Origin: a virus
Lineage: Duplodnaviria; Heunggongvirae; Uroviricota; Caudoviricetes
DNA: 64,000 bases
Virus record (IMG/VR): IMGVR_UViG_3300010280_000442
Coordinates: 1 to 64,000 of that record
Reading direction: 5' to 3' (one strand)
In this document: positions 9,501 through 19,554 of the stretch, piece after piece
Layout: the number at the start of each line of letters is the position of its first letter
How positions within the stretch are numbered: position 1 is the first letter of the stretch
Position numbers and translations under genes: made by a program
Notes under the pieces: model-generated
What the model saw: only the letters and a program-made list of their open reading frames with translations
Told to the model about the DNA's origin: nothing
Databases searched by the model: none

Positions 9501-11105
9501 TCACTGCCTCTCGCAATAGTCGAGACTCACCCATCCGTTCCGCCCGGACTGATAGGATTTCAAAAGCCCCCAGCCTTTAGCGGAGCCGGTCCCGTTGCTC
9601 TCTTCCACGATAGTGAACACACCTTTGCCCGTATATTTCCCTGTCTTAGCGAAATCCGTCCCAGGGCCGGTCCTGATATTCAGGTTGGTAATGCTGACCT
9701 TTACCTTATACGGCACAGATGAGGCAGCCCCAGCGTTCCCACCATCTGATACGGTTTTGCCAACTGTACAGTAGCTGCTGTTGAGCAGGTAAATCCACCC
9801 CGCGCCGGATTTCAGCCTACCCCATCCGCCAGAAACTTCAGTAATGGTAAACGTTCCCTTGCCTGTCTGTCCTTTCACAGTGCCGCCCATGGACGGCTCA
9901 GAACGGTAGTTCAGGTCGCTAATCAGTACCTTCACTGTAAATGGCACGGCGGGGAGCGCAGACACGTTATTTGCGGTTTCTGTGCTGTTCGTGCCTCCTG
10001 TGCTCTCCGCTGTGGCCGCCACATCGTACTGCGTCAGATCCCACTTCTGGATGATATTGCAGAGCTTGTCCACGTAACTCACATCGGTCGCATATCCGCC
10101 ATCCTTGATGAGCTCCGCCACGGCCCTATAATCCGTCATCCTGGCGATACCCGCGTAGCGCAGGTTGCTGCCATTCTTCGCGCCAAGCAGATAAGCGGAA
10201 TGGTCAGCGATGGAGTCCTCCACACATGGGTACTTACGGAAATCCGCTGTGATGGTATATTCCGTTCCATCACTGTTCTGCTCCTGCGTTTTCTGGGTAT
10301 AGACGGATACTCCGTCCCAAGTCGAGCCGGACCATGTGTTGCCGGACAGAGACTTCTTCATCCCAAAGCAGTTGTTGGCGTTCTGGGAAAGTTCTGTCTT
10401 GCCGTATCCACTTTCCAGAATAAACTGTGCCAGAGAGATAGAGGCCAGGATACCAGAGGATTTTTGTTCTGCCGTGAACAACGGTCCTACTTTAGCGATC
10501 ACCTGTGCTTCGGTGAGATTAGCAAACTCTGTGGCCTGTGTGCCTTTGGCAGTGGAGGTGCTTCCACCCAGTGCCGCCGTTACTTTCGCAGCCAAATCTC
10601 CGAGTCTGCTATACAGCCAATCTCCAGGGCAGCTTTTATTTGCGAACCAACGGTGAACTGTGAGCACCATCTCGTCCGCTGCCGGAGTATAATTAAGCGT
10701 TTTATCCTTATCTGCAAGCCAGATCAGCTTTGACTTCCCGTTTCTCTGGCAGATATCCATACACAGTTTAATCAATGTCAAATAAACCGCGTCGTTCATT
10801 GCATATGGGTCTGTCTTATCACTGGCACACTCAATTGTCACAGCCCTCTGGTCGTTGGCACTGGATGAAGAGCACCATGAACGGTTCTTCTCTTCCACGC
10901 AAAGAGATACCCTGCCGTCCGTGCCGATACCATAGTTGCAGCTCGCCTGCCTGTCCGTGCTGGTAAAGCATCCGCAAATGCTCTCTGCCGACAGCTGACC
11001 AACCACACAATGCGGCGTGATACGGTCGATGCTGTGTGTCCTCTGCCCGGAGTGGTTCGGGCTGAGTTTCGTATAAACTACTAAACTGCTGTTCGTATAA
11101 GCCAT
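9501..11105 (-). CDS. modular endolysin: N-acetylmuramoyl-L-alanine amidase (Amidase_2/PGRP), glucosaminidase, 2x SH3b cell-wall-binding domains
   Basis: N-terminus has the Amidase_2 pattern (ITPHCV...ASCNYGIG...AVTIECASD...KSCPGD). Middle has glucosaminidase LAQFILESGYGKTELSQNANNCFGMK. C-terminus has two SH3_3-like repeats (LNYRSEPSMGGTVKG... and LNIRTGPGTDFAK...). Confidence 0.85.
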   Translation of the reverse strand: MAYTNSSLVVYTKLSPNHSGQRTHSIDRITPHCVVGQLSAESICGCFTSTDRQASCNYGIGTDGRVSLCVEEKNRSWCSSSSANDQRAVTIECASDKTDPYAMNDAVYLTLIKLCMDICQRNGKSKLIWLADKDKTLNYTPAADEMVLTVHRWFANKSCPGDWLYSRLGDLAAKVTAALGGSTSTAKGTQATEFANLTEAQVIAKVGPLFTAEQKSSGILASISLAQFILESGYGKTELSQNANNCFGMKKSLSGNTWSGSTWDGVSVYTQKTQEQNSDGTEYTITADFRKYPCVEDSIADHSAYLLGAKNGSNLRYAGIARMTDYRAVAELIKDGGYATDVSYVDKLCNIIQKWDLTQYDVAATAESTGGTNSTETANNVSALPAVPFTVKVLISDLNYRSEPSMGGTVKGQTGKGTFTITEVSGGWGRLKSGAGWIYLLNSSYCTVGKTVSDGGNAGAASSVPYKVKVSITNLNIRTGPGTDFAKTGKYTGKGVFTIVEESNGTGSAKGWGLLKSYQSGRNGWVSLDYCERQ

Positions 11106-11223
11106 AAATTCCTCCCATTCCGCGCCCTATGGCGCAATTAAAAATACATATTAATAAGGAAGAGAGACACATCACTGCATCCCTCCTCCCGGTTGATTGG
11201 TATACTGTTTTAGCTGCTGTGGG

Positions 11224-12018
11224 TCACTTCTCCGGCAGGATCAGCTGCATACCCACACGGGTCGCGTTGCTGGTCAGGCCATTTAAAGCCCTCAGATCCG
11301 TGTATCTAGTACCGTCACCGAGCTGCTCCTCAGCGATCATCCACAAATTATCCCCACGCTTGACGGTATACAGCCCATAGCCGATATCAGCATACTGGCC
11401 TTCCTCATTACTGACGTAGGCATAACCAGTACCCGATACGGCACTTCTGACACGCAGCCAACCTCCAGCGCAGAACTGGAGGACTTCCAGAATCGTGTCT
11501 TTCTTGCATGTGGTGAGAATATCTGCCTCCAACGAATTTCCCTCACGGATATTCATCAGCGTTTTTAGACGCGCATAAGCAATCGTCTTTTCATTATCAT
11601 CCGTCTCATATTCTGTTGCGGCCGGAAACTCATCATTGGAAGGAACCTCATCGGCGGTATTCTGTTCATGGCCTTCTTCTACTCTGTCATCACCGTATTC
11701 CGTTTCTTCGTCTGCCTCGTCGGTCGGCTCATCTGTGTCATCATCACCGCTGGATCCTTCATCTCCGTCAGACACAACGGTCCCTGTCTTGCCAGTGTCC
11801 TCTTCAACACCGCCTTCTTCCTCCACACCTGTCTCTTCCTCCGGGTAGATTGCCACGCCGTCATCGGTGAAAACATGGTATCCAGGGTTTTCATCCGCTT
11901 TCGCCATTGCGTTGGAAAGCAGGCGGTATGCGCCAAGCTGGCTTGCGGCCTCCTCCCAGGTCTCACGCACACGGTAATATCCTGTGGTCAGCCTTGCCGG
12001 GTAATTTTCAATATTCAT
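11224..12018 (-). CDS. LysM domain protein with long acidic linker (lysis-cassette accessory)
   Basis: C-terminal LysM YTVKRGDNLWMIAEEQLGDGTRYTDLRALNG. Central 90-aa D/E/G/T-rich low-complexity region. Lies between the holin and endolysin genes. Confidence 0.6.
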   Translation of the reverse strand: MNIENYPARLTTGYYRVRETWEEAASQLGAYRLLSNAMAKADENPGYHVFTDDGVAIYPEEETGVEEEGGVEEDTGKTGTVVSDGDEGSSGDDDTDEPTDEADEETEYGDDRVEEGHEQNTADEVPSNDEFPAATEYETDDNEKTIAYARLKTLMNIREGNSLEADILTTCKKDTILEVLQFCAGGWLRVRSAVSGTGYAYVSNEEGQYADIGYGLYTVKRGDNLWMIAEEQLGDGTRYTDLRALNGLTSNATRVGMQLILPEK

Positions 12019-12075
12019 AATCTTCCTCCTCGAAAAATGAAGGGCAGGAGATTTATAGTCTCCCGCCCCGTGTTA

Positions 12076-12492
12076 TCACTCATCTTTATTTTCGATTTTC
12101 TCGTCCGCCAGCTGCTTCAGCATCTCCTGGAGTTTCTCCGGAATCGGAAGCCCGATGACGGCGCTGTTCTCCAGAATGGACAGTCCCTCGTTAGAGAGGT
12201 AGAAGAAAATCACAGCGGTGCGGATGGCGGAACCATTCTGGATGATCTGCGTGTCGATGATATTTGCGATTCCCACCAGCACAAAGATGACCACCTTCTT
12301 GGCTATCCCCTTAAATCCGACCTCAGAGGACAGTTCTTTCCTTACCCCCGCCGCCAGCACTCCGGTGAAATAGTCCATGACCACAAAGATGATCAGCGCA
12401 TAAAGGAAACCGTCAAAGCCGCCGAAGAACCATCCGAGGAAGCCGCCGAACGCGGCAAAAGCCAACTCGATCTTGTCAATTACATTCTGCAT
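12076..12492 (-). CDS. phage holin (phage_holin_4_1 / phi LC3 family)
   Basis: Transmembrane segments plus the family hallmark YLSNEGLSILENSAVIGLPIP. Start at ATG MQNVIDK (12492), which has an RBS; the 12519 ATG has none. Confidence 0.8.
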   Translation of the reverse strand: MQNVIDKIELAFAAFGGFLGWFFGGFDGFLYALIIFVVMDYFTGVLAAGVRKELSSEVGFKGIAKKVVIFVLVGIANIIDTQIIQNGSAIRTAVIFFYLSNEGLSILENSAVIGLPIPEKLQEMLKQLADEKIENKDE

Positions 12493-12637
12493 AACGTTAC
12501 CTTTTCCTTTCCTGCCCATTTCAGGGCATAAAAAATGGACAGCTCCGTATGTAGGAGTTGCCCTGTGTAATTGGATATATATATATAAACACAGCTATAC
12601 GGGTGGGTTGGTCCCGCTGTGCTGTGGGATATTATTT

Positions 12638-15600
12638 TTACTCCATTCCCTTAAGAGCCAGCGTATACTTGATAAGCGCATACAGCTGGTATCCCCATGC
12701 CGCATGCGCATAGTTGTTCGGATGCCAGTTCGGGCCGCCATAGCCTTTTCCGAATCCGTGGAACCTCCCCAGCGTGTTCTCCGCGTCCCGCCCGGCTGAG
12801 TCCGCCGAAATGTAGACGAAGCAGGGGTAACTCTCCACAGGCGGCTGGACAAGATGGCCACTGCATACATAAATGCCTCTGCTCTCATCCTGCAGTTCCT
12901 CGCAGAAATACTCGTAAATGCTCACATTCTTTTCGTGGAGCGCCCCGATGGTAATGTCATCCGCCGCATACTGCGGATATTTTGCCGGGAAATAGGTCCC
13001 TGTCTCGTCAATGGACATAAGGATCACAATCATGTCCGGGTACTCAGCCTTGATTGTCCCCACAATAGCAGGGATGGTTTTCTGGTACTCCGCCAGGGAA
13101 CTGTTGTGGTTTAAGTTGATGACCACATGGGTAGGTGTGCAGAGGTCATAGGCCGATGCGTCCGTTACCATTGTCCCTGCTGTCTCCCCTGGGACAAGCC
13201 TTGTCACGCCGTCATCCGCAAGGGTGCGGAAATTGTCCAGGAAGGTTTTCAGTGAAAATGCCCCGGTATCCGCATCATAGAACGGGTTGCGGTTGGTATC
13301 ACTCTCGAACGTCTCAAGATCCAGATCCTCCGCCGACCAGCCGCCCTTGCCCACGGCATAGTTATTGAACCTCGTTCCATTCAGGGTGAAGGCGGAAGAT
13401 GTTCCGTAGCTTATCCCTCCTATGGACGGTACGCCTACCATCAGACAGTTGAAGTCGCCATCGCTTCCCCCGGCATCCGCACGGTCAAGTTCAAACAGGT
13501 ATTTCACCCACGCCCAATAGGGGTTCGGAAGGCTGCTGTCGCTCTTATTGGCATTTGCCAGGTATCCCACAGTCACGCTGTCCCCGATGGTCAATATTTT
13601 AGGAAACTCGCTTCTCCCCATGCTTGCCAGGGTACTCCTGTGCGTGAAGGCAATTTCTCTCGTCTGGAAGCCTTCCGAATGGAACTCCCTTGTGACCGTC
13701 TGCTCCAGCACATCCTCCCCGCCGTTGGCCCCATCCCTGGAAAAAGGCGAATAGAGGTTAAAGTGTTGGTCCATTTCCTTCCCGAAACCGGAGCCAATGT
13801 CCTTCCATCCTCTCTTTTGGATCAGATGGTCGATCCATATAGAAGCATAGTAGTTCCGCCCGGTGTTCAGGTCATTGCACACCGTATAGATCGGCATGGG
13901 CATTGAAAGCCCGATCTCCACTTTGTTCTCCCCGCTGAGTACATCCAGCCGCATCTGCGATTCCATGGCCGTGTTCCACAGTGCTGCCGCCGTGCCTTCA
14001 ATAATAATCACAGGGCTATAAGTGTAAGAGCTCGCCCGGATCTGGTATATCCCCTCCGGGATATGCAGCTCCTCATTTTCATACACAACTGCCGTCCCCG
14101 AGTCCACAGTATCCAGAATAGAGCAGACAAAGTTCCCTTCCCTGTCATATCCGGCCACGCCAACCCAGTTGAAGACCCGGCCAGTGTAATAGACCTTCTG
14201 TGTTTCCCTGTCAACCGGGATCAGGCCCGTGGTATACCCGGCACTAAAATTTACGATCTTCCCGTTTTCGGTATTGACCGAAATGCCCGCTGTTATCTCG
14301 CCGGTGGCGTTGTAGGCCGTGTCCATCTTCTTCTGCGTCACCGTTCGGATATGCTCACCGAGGGATCCGTAGGTGTTCCCGTCATAATCCGTCCGGGCAT
14401 CCAGTACCTCTTCGGAAGCCGCCCTGACCTGGATGGTCCCTTTGAATACCAGGACATTATTGTTATAGAGGTAGGTGATCCCTCCGGATGCCTCTCCGCA
14501 GAAATATTCATTCGTCAGGTATTCCGCAGAATCTGCCTTCGACGTATAACACTGCACCTTTCCAGCCGTCCTGTAGCGTATCCTGTAGGAGCCGGCCGGG
14601 ACAAACATCTTCGGGGTCACGGTAATCTCAAGGTCACCGTAGGCAGTTTCATCATCCACGGCCACATCAACCGGTACTGTTTCACTGTAAAGGATGTTCC
14701 CGTCCGCATCCTCCAAAGTGACTGCCATGCTGTCCGTTCCGTAAAACCGCTGTGTCCAGCTGATGGATTCGATATACACGCCCTTGAGCACGGTCAGCGG
14801 GTTCCAGTAATCTGCAAGCAGTGGTGAGCTGTTCGTCCAGACATTATTGCTGGGATAGAGCATCGGGACTGTTTCCAAAGGCAGGGCATTCTCAATCAGG
14901 TAGCTGTCCGATTCATACAACGATCCCATCTTTACATCCGCAAGGCTTGCTTTCCCCTCCAGCTCTTCCACACGCCCCTCCAATCCTGTCAGGGGAAGGT
15001 AGTCCGTATATTCCTCAAAGAAATACTCCGTCCCCTCCAGTACGCACAGATTTTCGCCGGAGGATGCATGGTAGCAGAATACCACATAGGCGTCCCCTTC
15101 CTCATAGGTGTACTGGTCGTTCCCATCCACATAGCGCAGGACATTGTGATTCGCGTCATAGACTATTTGGCTCGTGACGCCGTTGATGCCTGAGCCGCTG
15201 GTAACAAGGCCCGCCTTGCTTACCGGGAGATAGCTGGAGGATCCATAGCGCAGGTTATCCTCGTGGAAGGTGACGGAGCCGCTTCCTTTATACGCAAACC
15301 AGCCGGGACGGTAAGAGGCAGGGTCTAAGAGGTTGCGCCCCATCACCTTGTCCAGTTTTGCCCCCAGCGCTTTTCCAGCTGCCACCGCATCCGCTGGCAT
15401 TCCCGCAATGGACAGGGTGCTATCCACACCGCCTGTACGCACTGCTACTATCCCTTGGAATACAATCCTCTCATTGCTATGGGAAAATGTCACGTTCCCG
15501 GACGGCTCATTGCTGACATAATCATTGGAAATAAACCCGGCGTCCGGATTCCTGGTCGGATAGCACATCACGGTTTCTGTTGCCTTCAGCCGCATGATAT

Positions 15601-16930
15601 ACGCCCCCGCTGTAAAAACCCGTTTTGGTGTGATACCCACTTCTATCTCCGCGCCTTCTGTGGCATCCTCAGTCTCGCTGTACACTACTTTTCCTCCAAG
15701 CTCCAGCGTCACTGTAACGGATGTGTCCCCGATAAAGGTCTGTCTCCACCGGATGGACTCGATATACACATCCTTTATGATGGTGATCGGCACATAAAAC
15801 AGATCCAGGTACGGGCTTGACGTTGTCCAACCGTAGGAATCGGAATACCTTAACGTAAACTCCCACAGGTTCAGCGCTTCTTCCACAAGGTTTATATCCG
15901 CATTATAGAGGGCCGCGATATCCTCTTCCGCACCCTCTATGCGGTGTTGGGAATCAACTGCCTGCTCCCAGAACGGTATCGGCTCCGCAACAATCTTTAT
16001 GGAAAGGCCACTTTCGTTATAAGAGCTTGCGCGGATTTGCGCCACGCCTTCCGGGATTGTAAGCATCCTCCCCGTATACTTTTCCGAAGATCCGTCCTCC
16101 GTCAGATCCAGTATGGAGCAAACGAACTCCCCATCCCGGTCATACCCGGCAACCCCGATCCAATTGAAGACTCTCCCGGTGTAGTACACCTTCTGGTACT
16201 TACGGTCAACCGGAATCAATCCCGTGGTATACGCATTCTCAAAATCCTGTGTTTGGCCGGTGTTGGTGTTCACCGTGATACCTTTGGTAATCTCTCCCGT
16301 GGCGTCATAGGCACAGTCCAGCTTTCTTTCTGTAATGCTGCGGATGTGGGCACCAAGGTTCTCATGGCTGCTCCCTGCATAGTCCACTCTCGCGTCCAGT
16401 ATTTCTGTGTCCGTAGTCGCCCCTCCGACAATGCTGTCCATCCGGGTGTTCAGGTTCTCAGCCGTCTCCTGGAAAGCCGCATTTCCGGATTTGTATTCCT
16501 GCCTCGCCGTCTCGACGATCTTTTCCATATGCGCTACGCTGTCATTCACATGCTGCTTCGTAGCGGCGTTATCCTCTTTGACGGCGGCCTCGGTAGCGTC
16601 ATTGTCCGCTTTAATCGCATTTTCCGTCGCATCATTGTCCGCCTTGATTGCCTTCTCGGTGGCGTCATTATCTGTCTTGATCGCGTTTTCCGTTGCATTG
16701 TTGTCGGCCACAATGCCATCATAGGTTTCCTTTAACTGGGCGTTAAACACACCACTCCTTGCCCAGTATTCTGTGTTTGTAAGCGGTATACCAGCGGGCA
16801 CCGCTTTCCTGCTGGTGTAACTGTCACCTGTATTCGGGTCAAGGACGATAACCAACCCCTCGTAACTTAACGTGCTGTTCCACTCGCCATCGTGACGCGG
16901 GACAACTCTTTTTCCAATATATTCTGCCAT
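12638..16930 (-). CDS. tail fibre / receptor-binding protein with C-terminal SGNH (GDSL) hydrolase domain
   Basis: 1430 aa. N-terminal 11-residue repeats (DNDATE.AIKA x5), probably a coiled-coil stalk. Two large internally duplicated modules of about 480 aa (e.g. YTTGLIPVDRKYQKVYYTGRVFNWIGVAGYDRDGEFVCSILD vs YTTGLIPVDRETQKVYYTGRVFNWVGVAGYDREGNFVCSILD). C-terminal GDS block ILTIGDSVTVGY and HPN block NWHPNNYAHAAWG. RBS AGGGAGG. Confidence 0.65.
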   Translation of the reverse strand: MAEYIGKRVVPRHDGEWNSTLSYEGLVIVLDPNTGDSYTSRKAVPAGIPLTNTEYWARSGVFNAQLKETYDGIVADNNATENAIKTDNDATEKAIKADNDATENAIKADNDATEAAVKEDNAATKQHVNDSVAHMEKIVETARQEYKSGNAAFQETAENLNTRMDSIVGGATTDTEILDARVDYAGSSHENLGAHIRSITERKLDCAYDATGEITKGITVNTNTGQTQDFENAYTTGLIPVDRKYQKVYYTGRVFNWIGVAGYDRDGEFVCSILDLTEDGSSEKYTGRMLTIPEGVAQIRASSYNESGLSIKIVAEPIPFWEQAVDSQHRIEGAEEDIAALYNADINLVEEALNLWEFTLRYSDSYGWTTSSPYLDLFYVPITIIKDVYIESIRWRQTFIGDTSVTVTLELGGKVVYSETEDATEGAEIEVGITPKRVFTAGAYIMRLKATETVMCYPTRNPDAGFISNDYVSNEPSGNVTFSHSNERIVFQGIVAVRTGGVDSTLSIAGMPADAVAAGKALGAKLDKVMGRNLLDPASYRPGWFAYKGSGSVTFHEDNLRYGSSSYLPVSKAGLVTSGSGINGVTSQIVYDANHNVLRYVDGNDQYTYEEGDAYVVFCYHASSGENLCVLEGTEYFFEEYTDYLPLTGLEGRVEELEGKASLADVKMGSLYESDSYLIENALPLETVPMLYPSNNVWTNSSPLLADYWNPLTVLKGVYIESISWTQRFYGTDSMAVTLEDADGNILYSETVPVDVAVDDETAYGDLEITVTPKMFVPAGSYRIRYRTAGKVQCYTSKADSAEYLTNEYFCGEASGGITYLYNNNVLVFKGTIQVRAASEEVLDARTDYDGNTYGSLGEHIRTVTQKKMDTAYNATGEITAGISVNTENGKIVNFSAGYTTGLIPVDRETQKVYYTGRVFNWVGVAGYDREGNFVCSILDTVDSGTAVVYENEELHIPEGIYQIRASSYTYSPVIIIEGTAAALWNTAMESQMRLDVLSGENKVEIGLSMPMPIYTVCNDLNTGRNYYASIWIDHLIQKRGWKDIGSGFGKEMDQHFNLYSPFSRDGANGGEDVLEQTVTREFHSEGFQTREIAFTHRSTLASMGRSEFPKILTIGDSVTVGYLANANKSDSSLPNPYWAWVKYLFELDRADAGGSDGDFNCLMVGVPSIGGISYGTSSAFTLNGTRFNNYAVGKGGWSAEDLDLETFESDTNRNPFYDADTGAFSLKTFLDNFRTLADDGVTRLVPGETAGTMVTDASAYDLCTPTHVVINLNHNSSLAEYQKTIPAIVGTIKAEYPDMIVILMSIDETGTYFPAKYPQYAADDITIGALHEKNVSIYEYFCEELQDESRGIYVCSGHLVQPPVESYPCFVYISADSAGRDAENTLGRFHGFGKGYGGPNWHPNNYAHAAWGYQLYALIKYTLALKGME

Positions 16931-16956
16931 AAAAACCTCCCTATAAAGTTCTAAAA

Positions 16957-17637
16957 CTACTCTTCCACATTTGTAGACCGCGCATAAAGTACGCCCTTAT
17001 CATCCTGACTAAATTCCAGGTCAAGGCGGTCCTCATAGGTTATATGGAGCCGTTCCTCATCCACGAGGGTACTGTCTCCCATGAGGTTTTTCTTTACCAT
17101 TTCAAGCGTGGCGGACACAGAACCCTCGGTAAGCCCCATACCGTCGGTTGTGAACACAATTCTGCCTTTGTCATCGATATCCACGTTCTCCATCCCGTCT
17201 CCCAAGGCATCTGCTACATTCGCATAAGTCGCCACAGCCATGCGCCGGTTCCGGACAGATGCGCGCTCCACTTTTAATGTGAGCGTGAACATTCCGATCA
17301 CATCGCCATCACCGGACAAAATCAGAAGGTCGATTGGATATTGTCCAAATTTCTCCGTCATGAAATCAGTGATCGTGAAAACAATCTTACCATCCACGAT
17401 AAAGATATAATCCGGTGACGATTCGGAGGAATATTGGAATAGCAATCCGTCTGGTCTTGTACCAGTGCAGGAAATAATCACACCGTCTGGAATGGCATAC
17501 TCCGTTGCGTCTTGATAAATGACACATCGGATTTTTCTGCAGTTATGGTCAAACTGTTTTACGTGCAGGACAATCGGAATGAGTGATTCCGTCAGGGAAA
17601 GCTCTATCTCCTGGTAGATTTCTACAGCCATATACAT
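16957..17637 (-). CDS. hypothetical tail/baseplate-associated protein
   Basis: Sits between the Tal and fibre genes in the tail module. No recognisable motif. Start may be the second ATG, 17631. Confidence 0.4.
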   Translation of the reverse strand: MYMAVEIYQEIELSLTESLIPIVLHVKQFDHNCRKIRCVIYQDATEYAIPDGVIISCTGTRPDGLLFQYSSESSPDYIFIVDGKIVFTITDFMTEKFGQYPIDLLILSGDGDVIGMFTLTLKVERASVRNRRMAVATYANVADALGDGMENVDIDDKGRIVFTTDGMGLTEGSVSATLEMVKKNLMGDSTLVDEERLHITYEDRLDLEFSQDDKGVLYARSTNVEE

Positions 17638-19544
17638 TACTCTCCTTCCATTTCATCGGTTTCAGTTTCTGGATTCTCCGGATCTGTTGTGTCCGTCTCT
17701 CCCGTATCATCCGGGTCGGCCGGATCTGTCTTTTCCGTATTATCTGGGTCTGTAGTCTTTTCCGGCTCATAGCCGATCACAATCCACTTTGCCCCATCCC
17801 ACAGCTTTAATCTCTTGTTTTCCGTATCTATCCAAAGGCTATCTATGGCCGGGTCAGAAGGCTCCGTCCTGCCTTTCTCAATCCTTTCTCCCTCCACGGT
17901 CGTATAATAATTATTCACAGTCTCGCCGCCATTCACGCCGGTAAAACCCACAGCCTCCATCCAGTTAAGGCCGCCGTCAGAACTGACAGCTATGCCGTAC
18001 CTCCCTTCCGAATACTGTCCGATCTTGATCCTGCTGTCCACGTTCTCCGGGCTGTTCATCACAATGGCGTCCCCATCCCAGTAGAAATCATCCGTGCCGA
18101 GGATCTTTACCAGTGCTGTTTTTATCGTGCCTGACGTGAAAATGTCAAAAGAAAGCCCCACGGCTTCCACGGCCAGCTTCAGCACGGTATCCGTGTTCTC
18201 CCATCCGTAGCTCCATGACTTCCCGCCATCTGTAGAAAGAAATAATCCATTCGTACCGTATTTCCAGATGTACTCTGATGTTTCCATCGTCTCACCTGTG
18301 AAAGCGTACCGTACCGAACTGCCGTCATCCTCAAGGCCCGAACTGTAATGCAGGCCGAGCAGGTTTGCCGCCAGGTTATTGAAATATTCCTGCTGCACGA
18401 TATATGCCCTTGTGTCGGTCGCTGTGGCTTCCACCCGGTTGACCGCTTCCGTAGCCAACTGCGCCTGGTCGGAGAGGCTTCCGAGAGAAGATGATAACGA
18501 ACTGTTCTTGGAGTAGACGGATGCGTTAGATAGCGTAATGGATTTATATTTTTCCAAAAGCGTGTCATACTCCGTTTCCGTTACCTTGCAGGAAACCTCC
18601 AGCCCCAGCTTATCGATATACACATGGACAGTATCGCACAAAGAAACACGCTCCGCCGCCGCTATATCCTCATACCCCGGTTTCTGCCAGAGCTGGATAA
18701 AGTCGATATCGATATCAATATCCGGCTCCGTGAGCGAAGTGTTTTTCAGGTAAGATTTCGCATAGCTTCTCAGCTGCGCCTCAGTAGGTTTCTCCTCAAA
18801 CTCGCTTGTACAGTCCAGCACTGAAATCTTCTCATAGGACATCCCATGCTTAACCGTCACAATCTTCTCAGGAAGCTGCACAATTGTCCCGTCCTCAGAA
18901 TGCTTCCAGTAGGGATGCACACCCGTGATGACATTTTCGATACTTCTCTCCATCTTAAAATCCACAAGGTTTTTCCCGTACACAATCCTCACACCATTAT
19001 CTGATCCTCTATGGGCGTGCAGGCAGGTCTCAAACATATCCCATTCATATTCCCCGCCGTAGGTATCAAGGATTGATCCTTCCATGCCGCCCAGACAGGA
19101 GCGAACCGTTGCCGGAGCGGACAAGATAAAGCTGGCGGACGAATCAATATCCGTCCAAAATGTGAACGGGCAATCCGTGGTGCAGCTATCCTTTAGCCCT
19201 TGCAAGGCCGCTGCGCAGGAGGATGCCGTAAACGGGGATACTGTCATATAGTTCTGGCGGTACTGGATATGCCGTCCGTAAACTTCCAATATCCCGTTGA
19301 TCGGCGTCGCTATCTTATATATCCGAAACGGCTGCGCTGTGGCTTTTTCGGATGGCTTGGCGAGGATGATGCTGCCCTCAACGATATCCTCCGCATGGAG
19401 TCCGTCTGCCGGATGCTCCATTTTCAGTTCATAGCTGCCGTTTCTCTTTTCCGTCACCACACAAGACATTGCGTCTGACAGCTTACCGACGCCGTTTGTA
19501 GTAAAAGCTGTTTCTTTCTCATCATATAAGCACGGTATCATCTG
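17637..19544 (-). CDS. tail-associated lysin / prophage tail endopeptidase family protein (Tal)
   Basis: N-terminus MIPCLYDEKETAFTTNGVGKLSDA...FRIYKI is typical of siphovirus prophage-tail (Tal) proteins. Directly follows Dit. Start set at MIPCLY; the upstream 36 codons were rejected. Confidence 0.7.
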   Translation of the reverse strand, partial: QMIPCLYDEKETAFTTNGVGKLSDAMSCVVTEKRNGSYELKMEHPADGLHAEDIVEGSIILAKPSEKATAQPFRIYKIATPINGILEVYGRHIQYRQNYMTVSPFTASSCAAALQGLKDSCTTDCPFTFWTDIDSSASFILSAPATVRSCLGGMEGSILDTYGGEYEWDMFETCLHAHRGSDNGVRIVYGKNLVDFKMERSIENVITGVHPYWKHSEDGTIVQLPEKIVTVKHGMSYEKISVLDCTSEFEEKPTEAQLRSYAKSYLKNTSLTEPDIDIDIDFIQLWQKPGYEDIAAAERVSLCDTVHVYIDKLGLEVSCKVTETEYDTLLEKYKSITLSNASVYSKNSSLSSSLGSLSDQAQLATEAVNRVEATATDTRAYIVQQEYFNNLAANLLGLHYSSGLEDDGSSVRYAFTGETMETSEYIWKYGTNGLFLSTDGGKSWSYGWENTDTVLKLAVEAVGLSFDIFTSGTIKTALVKILGTDDFYWDGDAIVMNSPENVDSRIKIGQYSEGRYGIAVSSDGGLNWMEAVGFTGVNGGETVNNYYTTVEGERIEKGRTEPSDPAIDSLWIDTENKRLKLWDGAKWIVIGYEPEKTTDPDNTEKTDPADPDDTGETDTTDPENPETETDEMEGE

Positions 19545-19554
19545 CCCACCTCCT

